A stretch of 59,270 nt of DNA. It comes from Thermotogota bacterium. GTDB taxonomy: Bacteria; Bipolaricaulota; Bipolaricaulia; UBA7950; UBA9294. The stretch spans positions 1-59,270 of the forward strand of contig JBDKUT010000021.1 of assembly GCA_039679545.1 (NCBI GenBank), given 5' to 3'. A model generated the notes under the pieces. It worked only from the letters and a program-made list of their open reading frames with translations, was not told where the DNA came from and did no database searches. This document shows, in pieces, positions 1 to 9,354 of the stretch. Both the position numbers and the translations under genes were made by a program. How positions within the stretch are numbered: position 1 is the stretch's first letter; each line of letters opens with the position of its first letter.

Positions 1-2
1 GG

Positions 3-1343
3 CAGGCGCACTCGATGACCGAGCTCATCATCTTCCGCACGTTCCAGGGCATCGGGGGCGGAGCGATGTTGAGCATGCCGCGCGCGACGATCGGCGACAT
101 CTTCAATCCACGGGAGCGGGGCCGCTGGATGGGGCTGATCGCGATGACGTTCGGGGTTGCGAGCATTATCGGCCCCCTCGTCGGAGGCTGGATCACCGAT
201 CACTGGGGTTGGCGATGGATCTTCTACATCAACCTCCCTGTGGCGGCGATCGCGCTCCTTGCCATCCTCTACGCCTTGCCGCGCGTTCGTGCCGAGCGTC
301 GCGTCCGCGTCGACTGGGCCGGGAGCGCGGTTCTCGTCACGGGTCTCGTGCCGCTCCTGTTGGCGTTCACGTGGGGCGGCAGCCGCTATCCGTGGGGAAG
401 CCCGGTCGTGGTCGGCCTTCTCGCGTTCGCGGTCTGCGCGCTCGGTGCGTTCGGTCTGATCGAGCGGCGCGTCGAGGAGCCCATCGTGCCGATGCACTTC
501 TTCCGCGTCCGGCTGTTCGCGACAGCGAACGTCATTGGGTTGCTTCTGAGCATGGGGATGTTCTCGCTCCTCATGTTCCTGCCCGTCCTGATCCAGGGAG
601 TCCTCGGCCTCTCGGCCTCGAACTCCGGCGCGGTCATGACGCCGATGATGCTGAGCTACATCGTGGGCTCGGTCACCGCGGGGCTGATCGTCACGCGCAC
701 CGGCAAGTACAAGGTCGTCGCGCTGGTCGCCGCCGTCATCATGTGCATCGGGACGTTCCTCACGGCGCGCCTCGGCGCCGACTCGACGTGGGACCTCGTC
801 GTGCGAGACATGCTCGTGGTGGGCATCGGCATCGGCGCGCTGATGCCCACGCTCAACGTCGCGATCCAAAACGCGTTCTCGTACCGCGTGCTCGGCGTCG
901 TCAACGCGTCGCAGCAGTTCGTGACCTCGCTCGGCGGAATCCTCGCCGCGCCGATCCTCGGAACCATTCTCTCCAACACGTTCGCGGCAAAGCTGCGCGT
1001 CAACGTCCCACCGCCGCTCGCGGAGATGGCATCGAAGCTCGATCCCCAGAACCTGATCAACGCGCAGGTCCAGGCGGGGATCGAGTCGAAGTTCACCGAG
1101 CTTGGGCCGCAGGGCCCGGCGCTCTATCAGCAGTTCATCACCGCGGTCCATCACTCGCTCGCGAGCGGGATGCAGACGGTATTCATGATTGCCGTGGGCT
1201 TCTCCGTCGCCGCCCTCGCGGTGTGCTTCCTGCTCCCGCAGATCCCGCTCAAGCACGACGACTTCTACGACGCCGAAGCGCTGGCGGGGGAGGAAGGAGA
1301 CGGAACGGCAAGCGCGGCTCCAGGTGGCCGCAGCGACGGGTGA
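3..1343 (+). CDS. MFS transporter, DHA2 (EmrB/QacA-like) family; 5' end cut by window edge
   Basis: The frame is open to the window start. It has multiple hydrophobic TM-like segments and the antiporter motif-C-like IIGPLVGGWITD. The sequence begins mid-protein (ELIIFRTFQGIGGGAM). Confidence 0.8.
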   Translation, partial: QAHSMTELIIFRTFQGIGGGAMLSMPRATIGDIFNPRERGRWMGLIAMTFGVASIIGPLVGGWITDHWGWRWIFYINLPVAAIALLAILYALPRVRAERRVRVDWAGSAVLVTGLVPLLLAFTWGGSRYPWGSPVVVGLLAFAVCALGAFGLIERRVEEPIVPMHFFRVRLFATANVIGLLLSMGMFSLLMFLPVLIQGVLGLSASNSGAVMTPMMLSYIVGSVTAGLIVTRTGKYKVVALVAAVIMCIGTFLTARLGADSTWDLVVRDMLVVGIGIGALMPTLNVAIQNAFSYRVLGVVNASQQFVTSLGGILAAPILGTILSNTFAAKLRVNVPPPLAEMASKLDPQNLINAQVQAGIESKFTELGPQGPALYQQFITAVHHSLASGMQTVFMIAVGFSVAALAVCFLLPQIPLKHDDFYDAEALAGEEGDGTASAAPGGRSDG

Positions 1344-1394
1344 GTCTGCCGGGGTTCCGGTTGCCCTCTCGTGCCCGGCGCGGTCCGATGGTCG

Positions 1395-2045
1395 CTACGC
1401 TCCGCTCTGCCGGCGAATGGCCTCGCGAAGAGCCTTGCGGTCGAGAGACTGTCGGATCGTGTCCATGAGGATGCGAGGCAAGAGCGGCCAGAGGTAGACG
1501 TTGTCCTTAGCCTCAGGAGCAGTGGTCTGAAGGTCCGCGGCCATGCTCTGGAGCGCTCGGCGGAGCCGGAGGTCGATCGGCGCGAGCATGAGAACCGCGG
1601 GGCCACAGCCAATCTCGATGGCGAACCGCCACTCGAGGCCGAGGCGCGCGCAGAAGTTGCGGACGACGTGGATCGCTTCGTCGTTGACCTTGGGGTCCGC
1701 GTAGCCGCAGTTCACGAGGACGTAGACCCTCGTGTGCTTTGCCGCCGGGTGCGCGTCAGCGTAGTGTGCCCATTCCTCGAGGAGCCGGATCGTCGCGCCG
1801 GGCAGGCAGTACGAGAAGAGCGGGAACGCCAGGACCACGGCGTCGGCGGCGGAGAGACGAGCGAGCGTCTCCTCCGGGTAGCCGTTCGGCAGCTTGGCGC
1901 GAACGGCGAGATGGGCGACCTCGATCTTGGCAGGGTCGAGGAAGCGCTCGAGGCAGGCGAGGAAGTGGTTGGACGATGCCTTCGGACCGCGTAGGCTGCC
2001 GTTGACGAGACAGACTCGAAGCAAACCCGCAGGTCCGCCGGTCAC
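1395..2045 (-). CDS. flavodoxin-like fold NAD(P)H-dependent oxidoreductase
   Basis: GTG start at 2045 overlaps the upstream stop (GTGA). The N-terminus is LRVCLVNGSLRGPKASS, followed by AADAVVLAFPLFSYCLPG, typical of the FMN-reductase/flavodoxin-like fold. The rest of track ORF 1395..2615 is Arg-rich shadow. Confidence 0.6.
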   Translation of the reverse strand: MTGGPAGLLRVCLVNGSLRGPKASSNHFLACLERFLDPAKIEVAHLAVRAKLPNGYPEETLARLSAADAVVLAFPLFSYCLPGATIRLLEEWAHYADAHPAAKHTRVYVLVNCGYADPKVNDEAIHVVRNFCARLGLEWRFAIEIGCGPAVLMLAPIDLRLRRALQSMAADLQTTAPEAKDNVYLWPLLPRILMDTIRQSLDRKALREAIRRQSGA

Positions 2046-2572
2046 AGGACCCTCCCGAGCTCTGCGCAGACCGCGTCGTTGTCGGCGAGCGAGTGCGAGG
2101 CGAAAGCCTCGAAACGTTCCTGCACGAGGGTGTGGACGGTGTCTGCCACCCCGCGGTGCTTGCGGTAGACGTCGAGGAATGTCGCCGTCTCCTCGTCGCG
2201 CACGTCGTTCCCGTAGCCGATGGCGATGAGAGACCGCGACCGCAGCATGCGAATCGTCTTTGCCTTGTCCGTGACGTTCTTGATCGTCGAAGAGAACTGG
2301 CCGAAGGCGATCGGACCTAAGAAGCAGACGAGGTCGAAGTCGCCAATACGACGGTTGAGTTTCGCAACAGCGTCGTCGATTACGCAGTCGCCGTGGCGCC
2401 GACGGTCCGTCATGCAGAGAAGGCAACCGAGACAGGGCACGACGTCGTTCGATCCCACCTCGAGGATCTCGAGGGAATGACCCTTGCCTTCGACCAGCGC
2501 CGTGACCTTGGACTGGAGGTCTTGCGACAGCGACGACCTCGCGTCTCTGTCGACAATGAGCAGAGCATGCAT
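2042..2572 (-). CDS. flavodoxin family protein (iron-sulfur flavoprotein-like)
   Basis: Starts MHALLIV. It carries CLGCLLC...GDCVIDD, a motif typical of multimeric flavodoxin/Isf-type proteins. It is translationally coupled to the downstream paralog-like gene. Confidence 0.6.
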   Translation of the reverse strand: MHALLIVDRDARSSLSQDLQSKVTALVEGKGHSLEILEVGSNDVVPCLGCLLCMTDRRRHGDCVIDDAVAKLNRRIGDFDLVCFLGPIAFGQFSSTIKNVTDKAKTIRMLRSRSLIAIGYGNDVRDEETATFLDVYRKHRGVADTVHTLVQERFEAFASHSLADNDAVCAELGRVL

Positions 2573-3154
2573 CTGGACTCCCCTTGCGGTCGCTCGTCCC
2601 GAGCGCTCGCCGCATGCCATTCTAGCGGTTGGCGTATGCGTCCGCCGCCTGCCTGGCCGTTCGCTCCTTCCCTGTCCTCGGGACGAGACTACGGAGGAGG
2701 CCTCGTGATCTGTTCGGCTCGAGGGTGAAGAGGTGACGCGGGAACCGCGAAAGGGCGGGTCTGCGTCGGTGCGGCGGACAGGGTGGACGGACTTCCCGGT
2801 CGACGAGCTTCTGAGACAGGTGAAGGAGTGCTGCTTCAGCTTCTGCTTTGGAGCCTGGGGACCGATCAGAGAACTTGCGTTGCCATCGCGGAGTGCCTCC
2901 CGTCCGTGACCAACGAGAGTGGAGCTCTACGAATAGGGATGCGACCCGCCGCCCTGGTCCGGACCTACGACCGATCCGGGCATTCGCCGCGGGAATAGGC
3001 TTAGCCAAGACATGACACGAGCAGGAATACCTCGAACCGCTCCGCGATGACGCTCGAATTGTAGCGTGCTCGTGCAAGCTGTGACAACGGGAACCCTTCG
3101 CTCTAGATTTGGCACGTCACGCGGCGACAACGCCTTGACGTGAGGAGGGTTGGG

Positions 3155-5209
3155 ATGCGACGGGAGTATCCGGAGGCAAGGAGATCGGATCAACAGGACG
3201 CCATCCACGGGGTTATCGTCCGCGATCCGTACCGATGGCTCGAGGACCTGACGTCCGCCGAAACACGCGAGTGGGTGCACGAACAGGGAATCCTCTCAAG
3301 GAGCTTCCTCGACGCCCTGCCGCTGCGGCCGGCGATCGTAGAGCGGTACAGCCGCCTTCTCCGGTTTCCGGAGCAGGGTTTGCCGCAGATTGGAGGCCAG
3401 CGGGCGTTCCTCGTTGAGTCAGATGGTGTGCGGCCGCGGCCCGTGCTGTGCTGGCGATCGCTCCCCGGATTGGGCGATCCGCACGTCTTGATTGACCAGG
3501 AAAAGCTCGAGGACGGACGAGAGGCATCCGTCGTGTGGTTCGCGCCGAGCCCGTCCAGTGCCCTCGTGGCCTACGGGATCTCCGAAGCTGGCTCGGACTG
3601 GCACACGATTCGCGTCCGTGGGGTGGAGACGGGGAGGGATCTCGAGGACCGAATTCCGCGCACCCGCTTCCCGGCCCTGGCGTGGCTGCCGGACGAGACG
3701 GGATTCGCCTATGTCCGGTTCGAGGTCTCCGACGGTGACAAGGCCGCTGAAGCGCGCCTCGAGCGCCGCACGATCTGCGTGCACCGCCTTGGCGACTCGC
3801 CTGCCGAGGACACCGTCCTCCGTGCGGCAGAGGTCCCGCACCTTCGGTACGAGCTCCGGATGACCGACGACAAGGGGGCGCTCGCCGTCACGGAGATCGA
3901 GCCCCGAAACCGCCACACGAACGTTCGATGGCTCGACCTTGCGAGCGGGCAGGAGCGGATCCTCATCGACGGGTTCACGGGCGTGCACCGTGTCCTCGGA
4001 AACGATAGCGGCGCGTTCTATGTGCTCACGACGCTTGGTGCGCCGAACGGGCGGATCGTCCGGACGAGCGCGGGGCAAGGCCAGAACGATTGGGTCGTCG
4101 TCGTGCCGGAGTCGGCCGGCGCGATCGAGTCGGCGGCGCTCGTGCAGGACGTGCTCGTCGTGAGCTACACCGAGGACGTAGTGAGCCACCTCATTCTGTT
4201 TAGCACGAGTGGCCGCGAACTGGCGCGTCCTGCGCTTCCTGCCCCGGGGACAGTGCTCGCGGTCCGGGGAAACCGGCGGGACGAGCAGTACTTCGTCCTG
4301 TTCACGAGCGTCTCGCAGCCGCCGACCGTGCTCTCGGGATCGGTGTCGGGCGACGACCTCTCCTGCCCTTGGCAGCGGCGCCTTCCGTTCGAACCCCTGG
4401 AGTTCGAGACGGCGATTGACTTCTGCTCATCCAAAGACGGGACGCGCGTGCCCGTCATCCGCTCCTGGAAGAAGGGAACCTGGATCTCCCCGCAGACGCC
4501 GACCCTCCTCCACGGCTACGGCGGGTTTGGGATCTCCCAAACGCCGCGGTTCCGAGCGGAGCACTTGTTGTGGATGGATATGGGCGGGCAGGTTGCCACT
4601 GCCTGTGTTCGCGGAGGCACGGAGTATGGGCGAGCCTGGCATCAAGCAGGAGTCCGTGAGAGGCGTCAGAACGTCTTCGATGACTTCATCGCGGCCGCCG
4701 AGTGGCTGGTCGAGCAACGCCTGGCCTCAACTCGCACGCTCGTCGCGGAAGGCCGCAGCGCAGGCGGCCACCTCGTTGGCACGTGCGTCGTCCAGCGCCC
4801 GGACCTCTTCGCCGCAGTCTTCGCTGCGAGCGGCGTCTATGACATGCTCCGCTTCCACCGCTTTGGCGCCGGAGGGCTGTGGGCCTCCGAGCATGGATCG
4901 CCGGATGACCCGGCCATGGTGCCGATCCTGCACGGCTACTCGCCCTACCACAACGCCGGTGAGCACGTCGAGTATCCGGCCGTACTCCTCTCCGTCGGCG
5001 CCGGCGACGACCGCGTTCACCCCTCGCACAGCTACAAGTTCGGCGCGGCCCTGCAGCGGGCGCAGGACGGGGACGCGCCGATCCTTGTCCGTATCGACCA
5101 AGGCGTCGGCCATGGGCCCGGCACGCCGCGGGACAAGAGGATCCGTGAGACGGCCGATGAGATCGCTTTCCTGGCTTCTGCAATCAGGTGGACTCCGCAG
5201 CTGGATTGA
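3155..5209 (+). CDS. prolyl oligopeptidase (S9A serine peptidase)
   Basis: ATG at 3155 is preceded by GAGGAGGG. The N-terminal signature is VRDPYRWLED. The C-terminal alpha/beta-hydrolase part has GRSAGG (nucleophile Ser), GAGDDRV and GHG. Confidence 0.9.
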   Translation: MRREYPEARRSDQQDAIHGVIVRDPYRWLEDLTSAETREWVHEQGILSRSFLDALPLRPAIVERYSRLLRFPEQGLPQIGGQRAFLVESDGVRPRPVLCWRSLPGLGDPHVLIDQEKLEDGREASVVWFAPSPSSALVAYGISEAGSDWHTIRVRGVETGRDLEDRIPRTRFPALAWLPDETGFAYVRFEVSDGDKAAEARLERRTICVHRLGDSPAEDTVLRAAEVPHLRYELRMTDDKGALAVTEIEPRNRHTNVRWLDLASGQERILIDGFTGVHRVLGNDSGAFYVLTTLGAPNGRIVRTSAGQGQNDWVVVVPESAGAIESAALVQDVLVVSYTEDVVSHLILFSTSGRELARPALPAPGTVLAVRGNRRDEQYFVLFTSVSQPPTVLSGSVSGDDLSCPWQRRLPFEPLEFETAIDFCSSKDGTRVPVIRSWKKGTWISPQTPTLLHGYGGFGISQTPRFRAEHLLWMDMGGQVATACVRGGTEYGRAWHQAGVRERRQNVFDDFIAAAEWLVEQRLASTRTLVAEGRSAGGHLVGTCVVQRPDLFAAVFAASGVYDMLRFHRFGAGGLWASEHGSPDDPAMVPILHGYSPYHNAGEHVEYPAVLLSVGAGDDRVHPSHSYKFGAALQRAQDGDAPILVRIDQGVGHGPGTPRDKRIRETADEIAFLASAIRWTPQLD

Positions 5210-5357
5210 CCGACGCCCTGTCGAGCCGGGTGCCACCAGAATGTAGCAGCGCTGTTCGTGTCACGAGCGAGGATTCAGGGATATGGGAAATGGAGGATAG
5301 GAACACGTGGGACACCCGAACCCGACAACTCGGTGTAGGCCAACCGAACTGGCGCTT

Positions 5358-5430
<73 letters not shown>

Positions 5431-5442
5431 AGTGTGGCTTCC

Positions 5443-5472
5443 ATTCTAACCGGTCGATGTGAATCGTCGCAA
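5443..5472 (-). promoter_or_regulatory. putative sigma70-type promoter of tRNA-Ala (TTGCGA-18-TAGAAT)
   Basis: On the minus strand, TAGAAT lies 12 nt upstream of the mature tRNA 5' end. TTGCGA lies 18 nt further upstream. Confidence 0.4.
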
Positions 5473-5479
5473 CGCTGTC

Positions 5480-5692
5480 CGGAGTCCGTGGTCCGATGTC
5501 CGTAGTCCGGAGTTCATGGTCCGTGGTCCGGGGTCGAAGACCTGTTCGCTGGGTTCGTTGAGTTCATTGGGTTCGTTGGGTTGGACGGCGTCCGTGGTCC
5601 GTGGCGACTCGGCGATCTTCGTTGCCGAGTCGCTCGGGAGTTGCGAGGCGCTAGGTGGCGTGCCGCGATGCAGGGCGCAACTCCTGGTCCGG
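5480..5692. repeat. hairpin-containing ~90-nt repeat family, locus A (one full unit, one partial unit, degenerate GTCCGTGGTCCG fragments)
   Basis: The core at 5589..5642 is GTCCGTGGCGACTCGGCGATCTTCGTTGCCGAGTCGCTCGGGAGTT. A second core starts at 5678 (CAACTCCTGGTCCGG). The same core occurs three times at 11299..11533. Confidence 0.8.
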
Positions 5693-5804
5693 GGTACTAC
5701 ACGAGCAGTTCGGCGAGGATGAGATCTACGGCCGCCGCTAGATCATCGACGACCGTGATTGGCTGCTTCTGCGTTAGGAGCAAGCAGCTAGGGTCGAAGG
5801 CCGG

Positions 5805-6434
5805 CTAGCTTGCCTTCGACTGACCGCTGCATGTGGCTGCAGGGATGAACTCATCGAGGATGATGCTGACGGCCTCGCTGAGATCGGCGGCCACGCGGTC
5901 AGGTTGGGCGACGGCTTTGCCGTCTGTGCCGGCGTAGCCGGTGCGGACGAGGATGGTGCGACACCCGGCACGGATGCCGGCGAGGATGTCGGTGGTGGCG
6001 TCACCGACGAGGACGGACTGGCGCAGGTCGAGGCCGAGGTCGTCGCGTGCCCTTTCTAGCATCCCGGTCGCAGGCTTGCGGTCTGGGCATTCCTTCAAGT
6101 ACCTGGTGACCGTTGCATTCGGCATATGGGGACACCAATAGACTGCGTCCACATGCGCGCCCTCGGCAGCTAGGAGTTCGACCATGCGCTCGTGGATGGC
6201 GGCGAGGTCGTCTTCGGTGAGGTACCCGAGGGCGATGCCGCCTTGGTTGGTGACGACGACGACGGGAATGCCGGCGCGGTTGAGCCGCGCAACGGCGGCC
6301 GCGGCGCCGGGGAGGAGGTTGAAGTCTTCGGGCTTGTTGACGAACCCGGTCTGGTCGTTCAGCACGCCGTCTCTGTCGAGGAGCACGCCGGCCACTCCCT
6401 TGCTCGGCCGGCGCGCTCCCTCGATCTCAGCCAT
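5805..6434 (-). CDS. gmhB: HAD-IIIA phosphatase, D,D-heptose 1,7-bisphosphate phosphatase (GmhB)-like
   Basis: Motifs seen: LLDRDGVLN (DxDxT-type motif I), VVTNQGG, CPH...KECPDRKP, VGDATTDI. Confidence 0.75.
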   Translation of the reverse strand: MAEIEGARRPSKGVAGVLLDRDGVLNDQTGFVNKPEDFNLLPGAAAAVARLNRAGIPVVVVTNQGGIALGYLTEDDLAAIHERMVELLAAEGAHVDAVYWCPHMPNATVTRYLKECPDRKPATGMLERARDDLGLDLRQSVLVGDATTDILAGIRAGCRTILVRTGYAGTDGKAVAQPDRVAADLSEAVSIILDEFIPAATCSGQSKAS

Positions 6435-6436
6435 GG

Positions 6437-9349
6437 CTACTTGACGACAAGCGTGACGATCTTGTTGGGGACGCCGATGGCCTTCAGGACCTTTTGCTCG
6501 CCGATGCGGGCGCGGACGTCGTCGTCGTCGAGGGCGGCCTTGGCGAGTCTGTCGGCGTCGGCGGCGACGGCGGCGGGGACGAGGATCCGGGCGCGGAGCT
6601 TTCCGTTGATCTGCACGGGGATCTCGACCGACTCCTCGGCCAGGGCGGCTTGTACGTACTCGGGCCAGCGAACTTCGAGCGGCGAGCCGTCGTGGCCGAT
6701 CTTCCGCCAGAGCTCCTCCCCGAGGAACGGGGCGAGCGGAGACAGGAGCAGCACAAGGCCGTCGACCGTCTGGCGTAGGAGCGCCGGGTCGGGCTTCGCG
6801 CCGTCGGCGTACGGGACGAGGTCGTTGACGAGCTCCATGATTGCCGCGACGGCGGTGTTGAAGCTGAACCGCTCTTCGAGGTCTTCGGTGACCTTCTTCA
6901 CGGTCTGGTGGTAGCGGCGCCAGAGGGCTCGGCCGGCTTCGTCAAGCGCGTCGGCGTTCGGCGCTGAGTCGACCGGCGCGAGGTCGTCTTTGTGGCCGAC
7001 GATGAGGGTCCAGACGCGGTTCAGGAACCGGTACGAGCCGCGGATGCCCTCCTCAGACCAGTCGATGTCGCGATCCGGCGGACCCATGAACAGGGTGTAG
7101 ACGCGCTCGGCGTCGGCACCGTAGCGCGCGATGATGTCGGCGGGGTCGACCGTGTTCCGCTTCGACTTCGACATCTTGAGGCTCGACACGGTGAGCAACT
7201 CGCCGCACTTGGGACAGGTGTCGCCTTCGGCGACTTCGCTCGGGTGGACCCAGCCGTGCTTGGCGCAGCGGTACGCGGGGTGGCAGATCATGCCCTGCGT
7301 GAACAGGCGCGCGAACGGTTCCTGGAACCCGACGTGGCCCATGTCGTAGAGCGCCTTCGTGATGAACCGCGAGTAGAGCAGGTGCAGGATCGCGTGCTCG
7401 ACGCCGCCGACGTACTGGTTGACGGGGAGCCACCGATCGACGTGCTCGCGAACGAACGCGTGCTTCGCGTCCTTGGGGTCGATGTAGCGCAGGTAGTACC
7501 ACGACGAGTCGACGAACGTGTCCATTGTGTCGCCGTCGCGCTTGGCCTTCCCGCCGCACTTTGGGCACTTCGTGTCGGCGAAGCCGGGGATGTCGTTGAG
7601 CCCCATCTTGCCGATCGTCTTTGCCTCAGGAAGCAGCACGGGGAGGTCCTTCTCCGGCACGGGAACCTCGCCGCACTTCGGGCAGTGAACGATCGGAATC
7701 GGCGCGCCCCAGTACCGCTGGCGCGAGATGAGCCAGTCGTGGAGACGGTAGTTGACGGCCTCCTTGCCGGTGCCCTTCTTCTCGAGGAAGCGGGCGACTT
7801 CGGCCTGGGCGCGGTCGCCGGGGGTGCCGGTGAACTTGCCGGAACCCATCATCGCCCCACGCTCGGCGTGGAAGAGGACGTCGCGATAGAACTTGCACCC
7901 CCAGAGCATCTCAAGGACCGAGCGGTGCCTCCCGCAGCCGTGGTAGAGGGCCTTGCAGCGGCGGAGGATCTCGGCGTCGGCGGCGACGGAATCGAGGGCG
8001 ATCTGCGCGTCCTCGAACGTGAACAGGAACCGGTGGCCGACGATTTCGTTCGAGTGGCCGTGGGCGATGCACTCGCGCACGAGGCGGGCGAAGGCGTCGA
8101 TCTGCTTTTCGCCCTTGAGCGTGACGAACAGTCCCTCGCCGCCTTCGACCTTCTCTGTCTCGTAGTCGATGTTGAGCGCTTCGAGCCGGCGTGGGAAGGC
8201 CTCATCGACCGAGCGCGGCCAAACGAGGCTCTTCGCGACTTCGTCAGTGCGCGCGATGACGGGGATGATCGGGAGCCCGTACTTCACGGCGAACGCGAAG
8301 TCACGCTCGTCGTGCGCGGGGACGGCCATGATCGCGCCCGTGCCGTACGTCATCAGGACGTAGTCGGCGATCCAAACGGGGATCTTCTCGCCGTTCGCCG
8401 GGTTTACGGCGTAGCCGCCGGTGAAGACGCCCGTCTTCTCGCGCTCGGTCGAGAGGCGGTCGATCTCGGTCGCGCGGATGGCGCGGTCACGGTACGCGGC
8501 CACGGCCTCCTTCTGCTCTTTCGTCGTCAGCCGGTCGACGAGCGGATGCTCGGGGGCGAGGACCATGAACGTCGCCCCCCACAGGGTGTCGGGGCGCGTC
8601 GTGAAGACGACGAGGTCGTCGCCCGTCTCGGCCTTGAAGGTGACTTCAGCGCCGACGCTCTTCCCGATCCAGTTCTCCTGCATCTTGACGACGTTCTCCG
8701 GCCAGTGTCCGAGCTGGTCGAGGTCCTTCAAGAGCCGGTCGGCGTAGTCGGTGATCTTGAAGAACCACTGGGTCAGCTCGCGCGGCTCGGGCACCGCCCC
8801 GCACCGCTCGCACGCCCCGCCGACGACCTGCTCGTTGGCGAGCACGGTCTTGCAGTTCGGACAGAAGTTGACGACCGCCTTCTTGCGGTAGGCGAGACCG
8901 CGGCTGTAGAGCTGGAGGAAGAGCCACTGCGTCCAGCGGTAGTACTCGGGAAGGCAGGTGGTGACTTCGCGCTCCCAGTCGAACTGGACGCCCCACGCCC
9001 GGAACTGCTCGCGCGACTTGGCGATGTTCCTGAGCGTCCACTCGCGTGGGTGCGTGTTGTTGTCGATCGCCGCGTTCTCGGCGGGGAGGCCGAAGGCGTC
9101 CCACCCCATGGGGTTCAGGACGCGGTAGCCGCGCATGATCTTCGTGCGGGTGAAGACGTCGCCGATGATGTAGTTCCGGCCGTGGCCGACGTGCAAGTAG
9201 CCCGAGGGGTACGGGAACATGTTCAGGTAGTAGAACCTGTTCTCTTTCGCCTGGGTGTTGACGCGGAAGAAGCCCCGCTCTGACCAGGTGTCGCTCCATC
9301 GCTCTTCAATGGCGTGGAAGTCGTACGCCTCGATGTTCTTGCCTGCCAT
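6437..9349 (-). CDS. leuS: leucine--tRNA ligase
   Basis: Motifs seen: PYPSGYLHVGH (HIGH), KMSKSKRN (KMSKS), a zinc-knuckle CPNC...CERCG, and DWLISRQRYWG. At 970 aa it is longer than usual because of an internal insertion. Confidence 0.97.
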   Translation of the reverse strand: MAGKNIEAYDFHAIEERWSDTWSERGFFRVNTQAKENRFYYLNMFPYPSGYLHVGHGRNYIIGDVFTRTKIMRGYRVLNPMGWDAFGLPAENAAIDNNTHPREWTLRNIAKSREQFRAWGVQFDWEREVTTCLPEYYRWTQWLFLQLYSRGLAYRKKAVVNFCPNCKTVLANEQVVGGACERCGAVPEPRELTQWFFKITDYADRLLKDLDQLGHWPENVVKMQENWIGKSVGAEVTFKAETGDDLVVFTTRPDTLWGATFMVLAPEHPLVDRLTTKEQKEAVAAYRDRAIRATEIDRLSTEREKTGVFTGGYAVNPANGEKIPVWIADYVLMTYGTGAIMAVPAHDERDFAFAVKYGLPIIPVIARTDEVAKSLVWPRSVDEAFPRRLEALNIDYETEKVEGGEGLFVTLKGEKQIDAFARLVRECIAHGHSNEIVGHRFLFTFEDAQIALDSVAADAEILRRCKALYHGCGRHRSVLEMLWGCKFYRDVLFHAERGAMMGSGKFTGTPGDRAQAEVARFLEKKGTGKEAVNYRLHDWLISRQRYWGAPIPIVHCPKCGEVPVPEKDLPVLLPEAKTIGKMGLNDIPGFADTKCPKCGGKAKRDGDTMDTFVDSSWYYLRYIDPKDAKHAFVREHVDRWLPVNQYVGGVEHAILHLLYSRFITKALYDMGHVGFQEPFARLFTQGMICHPAYRCAKHGWVHPSEVAEGDTCPKCGELLTVSSLKMSKSKRNTVDPADIIARYGADAERVYTLFMGPPDRDIDWSEEGIRGSYRFLNRVWTLIVGHKDDLAPVDSAPNADALDEAGRALWRRYHQTVKKVTEDLEERFSFNTAVAAIMELVNDLVPYADGAKPDPALLRQTVDGLVLLLSPLAPFLGEELWRKIGHDGSPLEVRWPEYVQAALAEESVEIPVQINGKLRARILVPAAVAADADRLAKAALDDDDVRARIGEQKVLKAIGVPNKIVTLVVK

Positions 9350-9354
9350 GGTGT

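Noticed and set aside
5793-5820. The hairpin GTCGAAGGC-n10-GCCTTCGAC as a terminator of gmhB.
   Set aside because: Half of the stem lies inside the gmhB coding sequence, including the stop codon. No T-tract follows on the minus strand.
6992-9283. A 763-aa plus-strand ORF, and several 70-220 aa ORFs, inside the leuS region.
   Set aside because: They are antisense or out-of-frame shadows of an unambiguous LeuRS gene. Their composition is Arg/Asp/Gly/Val-rich with no motifs, which is typical of high-GC shadow ORFs.
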